DNA of 64,000 nucleotides, from positions 5,523 through 69,522 of the forward strand of contig JAUGSS010000062.1 of NCBI GenBank assembly GCA_044426515.1, given 5' to 3'. Positions 55,912-64,000 of the stretch are shown here, in pieces. The notes beneath the pieces were generated by a model. It was not told the DNA's origin and did not search any database. It saw only the letters and a program-made list of their open reading frames with translations. A program made the translations under genes and the position numbers. The first letter of the stretch is position 1; every line of letters begins with the position of its first letter. This DNA comes from Methylococcaceae bacterium. Lineage in GTDB: Bacteria > Pseudomonadota > Gammaproteobacteria > Methylococcales > Methylomonadaceae.

Positions 55912-58509
55912 TTGAATAATAAAAGCATGACCAGCGAAACACTAAGCCGATTTAGTCAAAAAATCATTCATTTGTTGCCGTTGGCTTTATTTGCCTGCGC
56001 ACTTTACATTGTTCATAACGAAATCAAAGTTCACGACCTGAGCGACATCCTGTCATCGTTACAAACCATGCCGATGCGGATTATTTTCGCCGCTGTTGTG
56101 CTGACCGTGATCAACTACCTGATTTTGGCGGGATATGACTGGTTGGCGTTACGCTTTACCGGCTATACGCAAATTCCGTTATCGAAAATGATCGCCGCAG
56201 CCTTGTTAAGTTATGCGATCAGCAACAACACCGGTCATGCCTGGGCGGCCGGAGGCTCTATTCGATACCGGTTTTATTCGAAATGGGGCGTGCCGGGCTG
56301 GGACATCGTAAAGATTTCCTTGTTTCAAACGCTCACCTATTTATTAGGCGCATTGAGTTTAGGCTTGGTCGGCAGTTTGTTGTTGCCGCACTATTTATCG
56401 AATACCGTTCAGGAACCGCAAGCCATTCATTGGGTCAGCCTGATTTGTGCGGTCTCTTTGCTGGTCTATTGGGCTGCTGTTTTGCTCTGGCGTAAACCGC
56501 TGCTGATTAAAGGTTTCGAATTGTATTTACCGTCGCCCGGTATAGCCGCTTGGCAAACGCTGGTGTCCGGTATCGATATCGTGCTGTCGTCACTGGTGCT
56601 GTGGGTGCTGCTGCTCGGTAAAGTCGATATTGATTTCGGCGCATTCGTGGTGGTTTTTGTGGTGGCGCAGGTCGTTGGGGTTATCAGTCAGGTGCCTGGC
56701 GGTATCGGCGTGTTTGAAAGCGCTTTTCTGTGGCTGATGTCGGATATCGAAGCCACGGATCAACATTTGATTTTGATTGGCGCATTGCTGCTGTATCGGG
56801 TCATTTACTATTTCGTACCCCTGCTGCTGGCCGGAGTAGGGCTGCTAAGCTACGAAGTGTACAGTCGTCGGGCATTGTTAGCCGAAAGCAGTAGTGCCGT
56901 GAGCCGGATGCTGTCATCCATTGTGCCGCAACTGTATTCGCTGTTATTGCTGTTTGCCGGTGGCGTTCTGCTGGTTTCAGGATTCATTCCGGTTAATTCG
57001 GAAGTTCTGGGCTGGCTGAGCGATTTGGTGCCTTTGCCTATTGTCGAAGTATCCCATTTGCTCGGCAGCCTGATTGGCTTGCTGTTGTTGTTTTTGTCGC
57101 GCGGGATTCGTCTCAAGATCGATGCGGCTTGGTATGGCAGCCTGTTTTTGCTGGGCTTGGGCATTATTGCCTCTCTGCTGAAAGGGTTCGATTGGCGCGA
57201 AGCCTTCGTGTTATTGATCATACTGATGCTGATGTTGCCCACTCGCAGCTATTTTCAACGCCGGTCGTCGCTACTGTGCATGTCTTTTTCAAAATCTTGG
57301 TTGGCAACGATTACGATGGTGCTGGCGGGTTCGATTTGGTTGGGCTTTTTCGCCTATCGGGATGTCGAATATGCACACGAATTATGGTGGCAGTTTTCCT
57401 ATGAAGGCAATGCGCCGAGGTTTTTACGGGCATTGTTGCTGATCTCTGTCATTACCGTGTGCTTCGGTTTATCGCGATTATTGGGTATTGCGCCGCCGCA
57501 GTTTTTGGAGAAACCAACAGCGGCCGAACTTGGCGAGGCCCAACGCCTAGTGCTTCAATGTTCCCATACTCAGGGATTTTTAGCGTTATTGGGTGATAAA
57601 TACCTGCTTTGGAACACTGATCGTAACGCCTTTATCATGTTTGCGGTCACGCCCCAATTCTGGATTGCGATGGGCGATCCGGTCGGCGAACAAGCGGCAA
57701 TTGAAAATCTGTTCTGGCAATTTCAGGAACAGGCTGACCGCTATGGCGCAAAAGCCGTGTTTTACCAAGTTGGTCCGGAATTGTTGCCGCATTATCTCGA
57801 TCAGGGTTTAACCTTGTTCAAGCTCGGCGAAGAAGCCCGCGTGGACTTATCGGCTTTCAGTTTACAAGGCAAGCAGCGTGATGCACAGCGCAGCGCCCGC
57901 AACAAGTTCGGCAAAATGGACTATCGCTTTGAAATATTGTCAGGACCCTCGGTTGAGCCGGTATTGCCGATCTTGCGGCGGATTTCGGAGGCCTGGTTAT
58001 CGAACAAAAACACCCGTGAAAAAGGCTTTTCGCTGGGTTTTTTCGATGAGGATTATTTGCGCCGTACCGATGTTGCCGTGATAAAAGACCCATCAGGACA
58101 AATCATGGCTTTTGCCAATCTCTGGCAAACCGCTAGCCGGCAAGAGTTATGCATCGATTTGATGCGTTACGATCCAAACAGCCCGAAAGGCATCATGGAT
58201 TTTCTGTTTGCCGAGCTGATGCTGTGGGGTAAAGCGGAAAATTATCAATGGTTTTCATTGGGCATGGCGCCTTTGGCCGGGCTGGAACGCCGTCCTTTGG
58301 CGCCGCTGTGGCATAAAATCGGTACGGCCATTTTCGACATGGGCGATCAATTTTACAATTTTGAAGGGCTTTACGAATACAAAGCGAAATTTGCGCCGCA
58401 ATGGCAACCGCGCTATCTGGCTGCGCCCGCGGGGTTATCGGTGCCTTTTATCCTGATGGTTATCACCCGGTTGATTTCAGGAAGCTGGCAGGGGATTTTT
58501 AGTAAATAA
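55912..58509 (+). CDS. mprF: bifunctional lysyl-phosphatidylglycerol synthase/flippase
   Basis: multi-TM flippase (GGSIRYRFY, SQVPGGIGVFES), synthase (MGDPVG, KLGEEA, EKGFSLGFF, IDLMRY, LGMAPL, FYNFEGL..YKAKF). Confidence 0.93.
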   Translation: MNNKSMTSETLSRFSQKIIHLLPLALFACALYIVHNEIKVHDLSDILSSLQTMPMRIIFAAVVLTVINYLILAGYDWLALRFTGYTQIPLSKMIAAALLSYAISNNTGHAWAAGGSIRYRFYSKWGVPGWDIVKISLFQTLTYLLGALSLGLVGSLLLPHYLSNTVQEPQAIHWVSLICAVSLLVYWAAVLLWRKPLLIKGFELYLPSPGIAAWQTLVSGIDIVLSSLVLWVLLLGKVDIDFGAFVVVFVVAQVVGVISQVPGGIGVFESAFLWLMSDIEATDQHLILIGALLLYRVIYYFVPLLLAGVGLLSYEVYSRRALLAESSSAVSRMLSSIVPQLYSLLLLFAGGVLLVSGFIPVNSEVLGWLSDLVPLPIVEVSHLLGSLIGLLLLFLSRGIRLKIDAAWYGSLFLLGLGIIASLLKGFDWREAFVLLIILMLMLPTRSYFQRRSSLLCMSFSKSWLATITMVLAGSIWLGFFAYRDVEYAHELWWQFSYEGNAPRFLRALLLISVITVCFGLSRLLGIAPPQFLEKPTAAELGEAQRLVLQCSHTQGFLALLGDKYLLWNTDRNAFIMFAVTPQFWIAMGDPVGEQAAIENLFWQFQEQADRYGAKAVFYQVGPELLPHYLDQGLTLFKLGEEARVDLSAFSLQGKQRDAQRSARNKFGKMDYRFEILSGPSVEPVLPILRRISEAWLSNKNTREKGFSLGFFDEDYLRRTDVAVIKDPSGQIMAFANLWQTASRQELCIDLMRYDPNSPKGIMDFLFAELMLWGKAENYQWFSLGMAPLAGLERRPLAPLWHKIGTAIFDMGDQFYNFEGLYEYKAKFAPQWQPRYLAAPAGLSVPFILMVITRLISGSWQGIFSK

Positions 58510-58548
58510 GTGGTCGTTCAAAAATTTTTTTCATTGGAGCTTAATAGT

Positions 58549-59499
58549 GTGATCGATTCGCTACCTTATTTAAAAAACTCCGATTTCCCGTCCATTACGC
58601 GCAACAAGTTGGAAATTTTACAAGTCAATTTAGGCTATTTATGTAACTTGAGTTGCACGCATTGTCATGTCAATGCCGGGCCTAAGCGCACTGAATCAAT
58701 GGCTAAAGCCACTATGGATGAGGTTTTGGCTTTCATCGGCCATCATGCCGTTCATACGTTGGACTTGACCGGCGGAGCGCCGGAAATGAATCCGCATTTT
58801 CGTTATTTGGTGACGCAGGCGGTGAAACGCGGCTTAAAGGTTATCGACCGCTGTAATCTGGTTATTCTGCTGGAACAGGGGTTTCAGGATATTGCCGGGT
58901 TTCTGGCGGACAATCAGGTTGAAATCGTTGCGTCATTGCCGTGTTATCTTCAAGAAAACGTCGATAAACAGCGCGGTAAAGGGACGTTTAACGCCAGCAT
59001 CAAAGCGTTGCAATTATTAAATAAGCTGGGTTATGGTCTCGCCGATACCGGGCTGCAATTAAACCTGGTTTTCAATCCGCAAGGCGCGACCTTGCCGCCT
59101 GAACAACAGGGGTTGGAGCTCAGTTACAAACAACATTTGCACGCCCATTACGGCATTGTTTTTAATCATTTGTTTGCGATGACCAATTTGCCGGTGCAGC
59201 GTTTTGGCAGCGTCTTGCTTAGCAGCGGCCGGTTTGATGATTATTTGCAGTTGCTCAAGGATAATTTTCATGCAGCCAACCTGGATAAGGTCATGTGCAA
59301 AAATACCTTGAGTGTCGATTGGCAAGGCTTCGTTTATGATTGCGACTTTAATCAAATGCTGCATATTCCTTTAGGCGGTAAGCAAAAAATACAACTGGCT
59401 CAGGTCTCGGAATTAACAGGCGAAGCCATTGCTACTCTACAGCATTGTTATGGCTGCACGGCAGGGCAGGGCAGCAGTTGCGGCGGCGCAATCAACTAA
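58549..59499 (+). CDS. arsS: radical SAM protein, ArsS (arsenosugar) family
   Basis: LQVNLGYLCNLSCTHCHVNAGP, LDLTGGAPE, YDCDFNQM, HCYGCTAGQGSSCGGA; GGAG RBS before GTG 58549. Confidence 0.8.
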   Translation: MIDSLPYLKNSDFPSITRNKLEILQVNLGYLCNLSCTHCHVNAGPKRTESMAKATMDEVLAFIGHHAVHTLDLTGGAPEMNPHFRYLVTQAVKRGLKVIDRCNLVILLEQGFQDIAGFLADNQVEIVASLPCYLQENVDKQRGKGTFNASIKALQLLNKLGYGLADTGLQLNLVFNPQGATLPPEQQGLELSYKQHLHAHYGIVFNHLFAMTNLPVQRFGSVLLSSGRFDDYLQLLKDNFHAANLDKVMCKNTLSVDWQGFVYDCDFNQMLHIPLGGKQKIQLAQVSELTGEAIATLQHCYGCTAGQGSSCGGAIN

Positions 59500-59622
59500 G
59501 GAACATGCATCAATTAATTTAAGCAATTACCACGAAGAGCATGAAGGACATGAAGACTTAAATCCTTCATGCTCTTCATGGTTTAAAAATAAAACTTGCT
59601 CAAGTTATTTCATGCACGTTAC
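59500..59622. mobile_element. MITE (123 bp), inverted twin of 50923-51054
   Basis: reverse complement matches the first copy except for one 9-bp unit; sits at the arsS TAA stop. Confidence 0.75.
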
Positions 59623-59791
59623 TTAGCAATTGCCGAGGCGACGCTGATAGTTACGATTAACGCAGATAAAACAAACGGCGGATTAAAATCCGTGTAAATC
59701 CGCCTAATCCGCGTCGCCTAGAGGCGCCTACTTTTGGCATCCGCGTTCCATTAAAATCATAACATTGTTTATCTCAACCCTTGGAGGTCAC

Positions 59792-60907
59792 ATGACTATA
59801 GAAACCGGAGTTTTACAGCGCTATTCGCAAGGTGCGGAATCGATACAAGCGGATTTATGCTGTCCCGTCGATTATGACCGTAACTTGCTGGCATTATTGC
59901 CGCAGGAAATTATCGACAAGGATTACGGCTGCGGCGATCCGTCCCGTTACGTGCAAAGCGGGGATGTAGTGCTGGATTTAGGTTCGGGTTCAGGCAAAAT
60001 CTGCTACATGGCCGCGCAATTGGTAGGCGCATCCGGTAAGGTCATCGGCGTCGATATGAATGACGACATGCTCGCGCTGGCCAGAAAATACCAGCCGGAA
60101 ATGGCCGAAAAATTAGGTTCGGATCGGGTGGAATTCGTCAAAGGCCAAATTCAGGATTTGGCTTTGGACTTGGCTGCGATGAATCGGCATTTAGCCGAAT
60201 ATCCGGTATGTCGCGCCGAAGATGTGATTGCCTTGCGCGCCTGGCAGGAGCAACAACGCAAGGAACAACCGCTAATTAAAGACAACAGCGTCGATTTGGT
60301 GGTGTCCAATTGTGTATTGAATCTGGTGCATGACAGCGATAAGAGCCAGTTGATTCGCGAAATATTCAGGGTAGTCAAACCGGGGGGGCGCGTTGCTATT
60401 TCCGATATCGTCAGTGACGAAGCGGTGCCGCAGCATTTAAAAGACGATCAGCAGTTGTGGAGCGGCTGTATTTCCGGCGCGGTGCAGGAGCATGAGTTTT
60501 TGCAGGCTTTTATCGCCGCGGGTTTTGTCGCAGTCAGTGTTGATAAATGGGAGGCGCGGCCTTGGCAGGTGGTTGAAGGCATCGAATTTCGAGCCGTGAC
60601 TATTACTGCGGTAAAGCCTCATGATCAATTGTGTATTGATAAAGGTCATGCGGTGATTTACCGGGGGCCTTTTTCCAAGGCGTATGATGACGAAGGCCAT
60701 GTTTTCTTGCGCGGTCAACGGATGGCGGTATGCGAACGCAGCTATAATTTACTGACCGGCGCCGTTTATGCCGAACAGTTTATCGGCATTGCTCCCGTTC
60801 AGGAAATAACACCGAAAAGTTGGTGCCATGCACCCGGTACCTTAAGAGCGGTTTCAGAAACCAAAGGCTCCGGGCATAAAGCAGATAGCGGCTCTTGCTG
60901 CTGTTAA
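59792..60907 (+). CDS. SAM-dependent methyltransferase, ArsM-like
   Basis: LCCPV.Y, YGCGDP, VLDLGSGSG, SNCVLNL, WSGCISGA, AVCER, terminal SCCC; follows arsS. Confidence 0.8.
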   Translation: MTIETGVLQRYSQGAESIQADLCCPVDYDRNLLALLPQEIIDKDYGCGDPSRYVQSGDVVLDLGSGSGKICYMAAQLVGASGKVIGVDMNDDMLALARKYQPEMAEKLGSDRVEFVKGQIQDLALDLAAMNRHLAEYPVCRAEDVIALRAWQEQQRKEQPLIKDNSVDLVVSNCVLNLVHDSDKSQLIREIFRVVKPGGRVAISDIVSDEAVPQHLKDDQQLWSGCISGAVQEHEFLQAFIAAGFVAVSVDKWEARPWQVVEGIEFRAVTITAVKPHDQLCIDKGHAVIYRGPFSKAYDDEGHVFLRGQRMAVCERSYNLLTGAVYAEQFIGIAPVQEITPKSWCHAPGTLRAVSETKGSGHKADSGSCCC

Positions 60908-61136
60908 GGCGTTTTTTATCAGGGCCTTGATTCAAAAACTGTCTCGCCTAGGTGATTCCCGAAGAACATCCCATCAAGAACCCGATGCGTAGTAAAAAAA
61001 CGGAAATTCTTCGGGTAGATTTATTATTGGAAATCGCCTACGTCTATAGCCTTTCTTCTCAAGAGCAACGGGGACAAGATATTTTTGAATAGCTATAATG
61101 ATCGATTCTTCATGAAAAACATTTTTACAGTTATTT

Positions 61137-62045
61137 ATGTATAAAACGCATTTTGGTCTAAATAGTCAGCCATTTGGCTTAACGCCCGATACACAGTTTT
61201 TTTGTGAGTTACCCTCTCATTTAGAAGCGCTCAATGTGCTGCTGATCGCTTTACATAACGGCGAAGGGTTTATCAAAATTACCGGCGATGTCGGTACCGG
61301 TAAAACTATGCTCTGCCGAAAATTGCTTAACGAATTGCCCGAACCTTTTGAGACCGCGTACATTCCCAATCCGCGCTTGCCCCCTGTGGACTTGCTCAAG
61401 GCAATTGCCGCTGAAATGAATATTGAATACTTCCGCCACATCGGGCAAAACGGGCTGATGAATCTAATTAATGACTTTTTAATCAATAGCGCCGTTAATG
61501 GAAAAAAAATGGTACTGATTATCGACGAGGCTCAGTCGATGCCGATGGAAACATTAGAAGCGTTACGGCTTATCACCAATCTGGAAACCGAAAAGCAAAA
61601 ATTGTTGCAAATTGTCTTATTCGGTCAACCTGAACTTGACGAGCAGTTGCGCAACAAAGCCATCCGCCAGCTTAGGCAGCGCATCACCTTTAGTTATGCG
61701 CTTAAACCGCTCACTGCTCAACACGTTGCCGACTATATCAAACATCGGTTACGTGTCGCCGGCATGGGTAATGTCAGTATTTTTTCATGGGCGGCGATTA
61801 GAGCGATGCATCACTATAGTCGGGGCATACCCAGATTGGTGAATATTTTAGCCAATAAAGCGATGTTGGCAGCTTATGGTAAAGGCCATTCGTCAATAGG
61901 CGCAAAGCAAGTTTATTTAGCCGCGCTGGATACCGAAGACGCTAATGCAAAGTTTAAGTTTTTGGGATTTCGTAAACGTTATTTACTGCTGCTGTTACTT
62001 GCCATTATCGGCTACCTATGGGCGCTTATGGCCTCCAAGTTATGA
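61137..62045 (+). CDS. mshM: ExeA/MshM-family AAA ATPase
   Basis: MYKTHFGL..QPF.LTPD, GDVGTGKT, IIDEAQ, LFGQPEL, RGIPRLVNILANKA. Confidence 0.8.
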   Translation: MYKTHFGLNSQPFGLTPDTQFFCELPSHLEALNVLLIALHNGEGFIKITGDVGTGKTMLCRKLLNELPEPFETAYIPNPRLPPVDLLKAIAAEMNIEYFRHIGQNGLMNLINDFLINSAVNGKKMVLIIDEAQSMPMETLEALRLITNLETEKQKLLQIVLFGQPELDEQLRNKAIRQLRQRITFSYALKPLTAQHVADYIKHRLRVAGMGNVSIFSWAAIRAMHHYSRGIPRLVNILANKAMLAAYGKGHSSIGAKQVYLAALDTEDANAKFKFLGFRKRYLLLLLLAIIGYLWALMASKL

Positions 62046-63109
62046 GTCTGATCAATCAAATGCTGCGCGATTTGGAAAGTCGCAGCACAACCAATAACGA
62101 AGCATCGGTTTTTCATCGCAATATTCAGGCAACGCCGCTGCCTGCGTCAAAAATGCGCTCCCTGATTTGGGGCTTATTATCTATTGTTGCGGCAGGCGGT
62201 ACTTATTGGGCTTTTCAATACAGTAAAGCCCTGGCTAAAACGCCTGCGGTCATCGTTGCCGACAGTATTAAAAAAGCTCCGGTTCCTGTTGTCCCTTACG
62301 AAAAGGTACTGGCCGCACCAAATGCCATTGCCAACCCTGCGCCCAAAATCGAACAGAAATCTGCGGACAATATCATGCCGCGGGCGGTTCTGCCTGCACC
62401 GGCAGTCCAGGCGGCAGCAGCGGTTCAGCCTAAAGCGCCGGCCAAACCGGTGCAAACGGTTCCAACGGCTCCGGCTGAAATTGCCGACGAAGCGCCGGTA
62501 AAAAAAATACCCGTTGTCCCTAAACCGGCACAGATCAAACCAACCACCGCCAAACAGCAAGCGGATGTGCTCTATCGTCAGGCTGAAAATAATTCTGAAG
62601 CTTATTCGGCGATCGACACACTGGAACAAGTCCTGATGCTCGATCCACGCCATCTTAAGGCTCGATTATTATTAGCTAAAACCCTACACAATCAGGGCCA
62701 AGTCAATAAAACTGCCGAGTTTCTGGATCAAAGCCTGGCTTTATTTCCTGATAATCTGCAATTTATCAACACCCGTGCCCAGTTATACCTGCAACAAAGA
62801 AACCCCGGCGGGGCGCTTAAAACGCTACAGCGTATTGGTTTAACAGACAGTTCCAATGAAACCTATTTATCTTTATTGGCGGCAACGTATCAACAGCAGC
62901 AGTCATTCGGCAATGCCGCTAAGGTTTACCAAAGGCTGGTAACCGTCAACCCGGAAAAAGCCGAAAACTGGCTGGGCCTTGCTTTAGCGCAGGAGAAACT
63001 CGGCAATTCTCAATTTGCCCGTGAAGCCTACCAGCAAGCGCTCAGTAAAAGTACTCTGAAAGAATCCATTGCCGGCTATATTAAGCAGCGGCTAATCGAG
63101 CTTAGGTAA
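62042..63109 (+). CDS. mshN: MshN-like TPR protein
   Basis: MSLINQMLRDLE N-terminus, TM helix, Pro/Ala linker, C-terminal TPRs. Confidence 0.75.
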   Translation: MSLINQMLRDLESRSTTNNEASVFHRNIQATPLPASKMRSLIWGLLSIVAAGGTYWAFQYSKALAKTPAVIVADSIKKAPVPVVPYEKVLAAPNAIANPAPKIEQKSADNIMPRAVLPAPAVQAAAAVQPKAPAKPVQTVPTAPAEIADEAPVKKIPVVPKPAQIKPTTAKQQADVLYRQAENNSEAYSAIDTLEQVLMLDPRHLKARLLLAKTLHNQGQVNKTAEFLDQSLALFPDNLQFINTRAQLYLQQRNPGGALKTLQRIGLTDSSNETYLSLLAATYQQQQSFGNAAKVYQRLVTVNPEKAENWLGLALAQEKLGNSQFAREAYQQALSKSTLKESIAGYIKQRLIELR

Positions 63110-63184
63110 GCCGAAAAAAATATAAACATTAACCGGTTTTTTAGGTTTATTGACAATAGCACGATGAGCTGATACTTTGCCGTG

Positions 63185-63211
63185 CTGGCACTCGCCTTGA
63201 TGGAGTGCTAA
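63185..63211 (+). promoter_or_regulatory. CIRCE element (HrcA operator)
   Basis: CTGGCACTC-N9-GAGTGCTAA vs consensus TTAGCACTC-N9-GAGTGCTAA, 20 bp before hrcA. Confidence 0.92.
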
Positions 63212-63231
63212 ATACGGTTGCAGAGGTTGGT

Positions 63232-64000
63232 GTGAGTAATACGCAAGTTTTAAATGAGCGGTCGCTACAGCTGTTAAAAACACTGGTCGAGCGCTATATC
63301 AATGATGGTCAGCCGGTGGGTTCACGGGCTTTATCAAAAGATTCGGATTTAAATTTAAGTCCGGCCACTATCCGTAACGTTATGGCCGATCTGGAAGACC
63401 TGGGGCTGCTGCATTCGCCGCATACTTCGGCGGGGCGGGTGCCTACGGTCAGCGGCTATCGCTTATTTGTTGACAGCTTATTGACGGTTAAGCCGTTGGA
63501 GTCGAAAGATTTGACCAGGCTGCATCAAGGCTTATCGTTAAGCGAGGATACCGGCGATGTGATCGGTGTCGCATCGCGTCTGCTTTCAGAATTAACACAG
63601 ATGGCCGGAGTGGTGACTCTGCCCAAAAGAGAGCAGGTGTGTTTGCGGCATATCGAGTTTCTGTCTTTATCGCACACTCGCGTACTGGTCATTTTTGTTA
63701 CCAATGAACAGGAAGTCCATAACAAAATCATTCACACCTCCAAACTATTCAGCCCTGCGGAATTACAGCAGGCGGCTAATTATTTAAATTCAATTTATTC
63801 CGGGCGCAGTCTGGATGCAGTGCGTAAAGCCGTTTTAAAGGAATTGCAGGAAGATCAGGAACGTATGACAAATCTGTCCGGAACAGATTTGCATTTACCC
63901 GAAGGGTGTCGGGCAGGGAAGCCCGACATGAGCCAGGGTATGCTGGATGCAGTAAAAATGGCGCAACTGGCTTTTGGTCAGAACAATGAAAAAGATGATT
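63232..64000 (+). CDS. hrcA: heat-inducible transcription repressor HrcA (3'-truncated by window edge; missing from the ORF track)
   Basis: GTG start; LNERSLQLLKTLVERYINDGQPVGSR...LSPATIRNVMADLEDLGLLHSPHTSAGRVPT; frame open to window end. Confidence 0.95.
   Translation, partial: MSNTQVLNERSLQLLKTLVERYINDGQPVGSRALSKDSDLNLSPATIRNVMADLEDLGLLHSPHTSAGRVPTVSGYRLFVDSLLTVKPLESKDLTRLHQGLSLSEDTGDVIGVASRLLSELTQMAGVVTLPKREQVCLRHIEFLSLSHTRVLVIFVTNEQEVHNKIIHTSKLFSPAELQQAANYLNSIYSGRSLDAVRKAVLKELQEDQERMTNLSGTDLHLPEGCRAGKPDMSQGMLDAVKMAQLAFGQNNEKDD

Noticed and set aside
50923-59622. Composite transposon bounded by the two MITEs
   Set aside because: The right copy separates arsS from its partner methyltransferase and the cargo looks native; independent insertions are more likely.

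Overview
64-kb bacterial chromosomal window, most consistent with a gammaproteobacterial C1-utiliser of the Methylococcales/Methylobacter type. That assignment is inferred from the H4MPT/methanofuran biosynthesis genes (afpA/dmr, orf20, DUF447, mfnB/orf22) and a DUF3280 gene; no pmo or mxa genes lie in the window. The highlight is an ~18.6-kb minus-strand, sigma54-driven cluster (31930-50536) that generic annotation would scatter into metE/argH/purB/dcyD/lpd hits. By sequence motifs it is a coenzyme M (CoM)-dependent epoxide catabolic system plus the bacterial CoM biosynthesis pathway. It encodes epoxyalkane:CoM transferase (EtnE/XecA), a 2-KPCC/XecC homolog with a substituted carboxylation histidine, an S-HPCDH/XecE-like SDR, a two-subunit CoA transferase, an acylating aldehyde dehydrogenase, ComA/XcbB, XcbC, XcbD, XcbE, a candidate XcbA, a GMC oxidoreductase, a CoA-disulfide-reductase-like enzyme and an AcoR-type activator, but no alkene monooxygenase. 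Other notable items: an MfnB-receiver fusion; a duplicated sigma54 promoter linking a heme-motif cyclophilin/TlpA/DUF4266/DUF3570/DsbD block and an RTX protein to an adjacent NtrC-type two-component system; an in-frame palindromic insertion in hrcA; several pseudogenes; MITE/REP repeats; parC, folP, pcm, mprF/acvB, arsS/arsM-like and mshM/N-like genes. No rRNA, tRNA or CRISPR array was seen. All family assignments come from motif recognition and recalled reference sequences, not from database searches.
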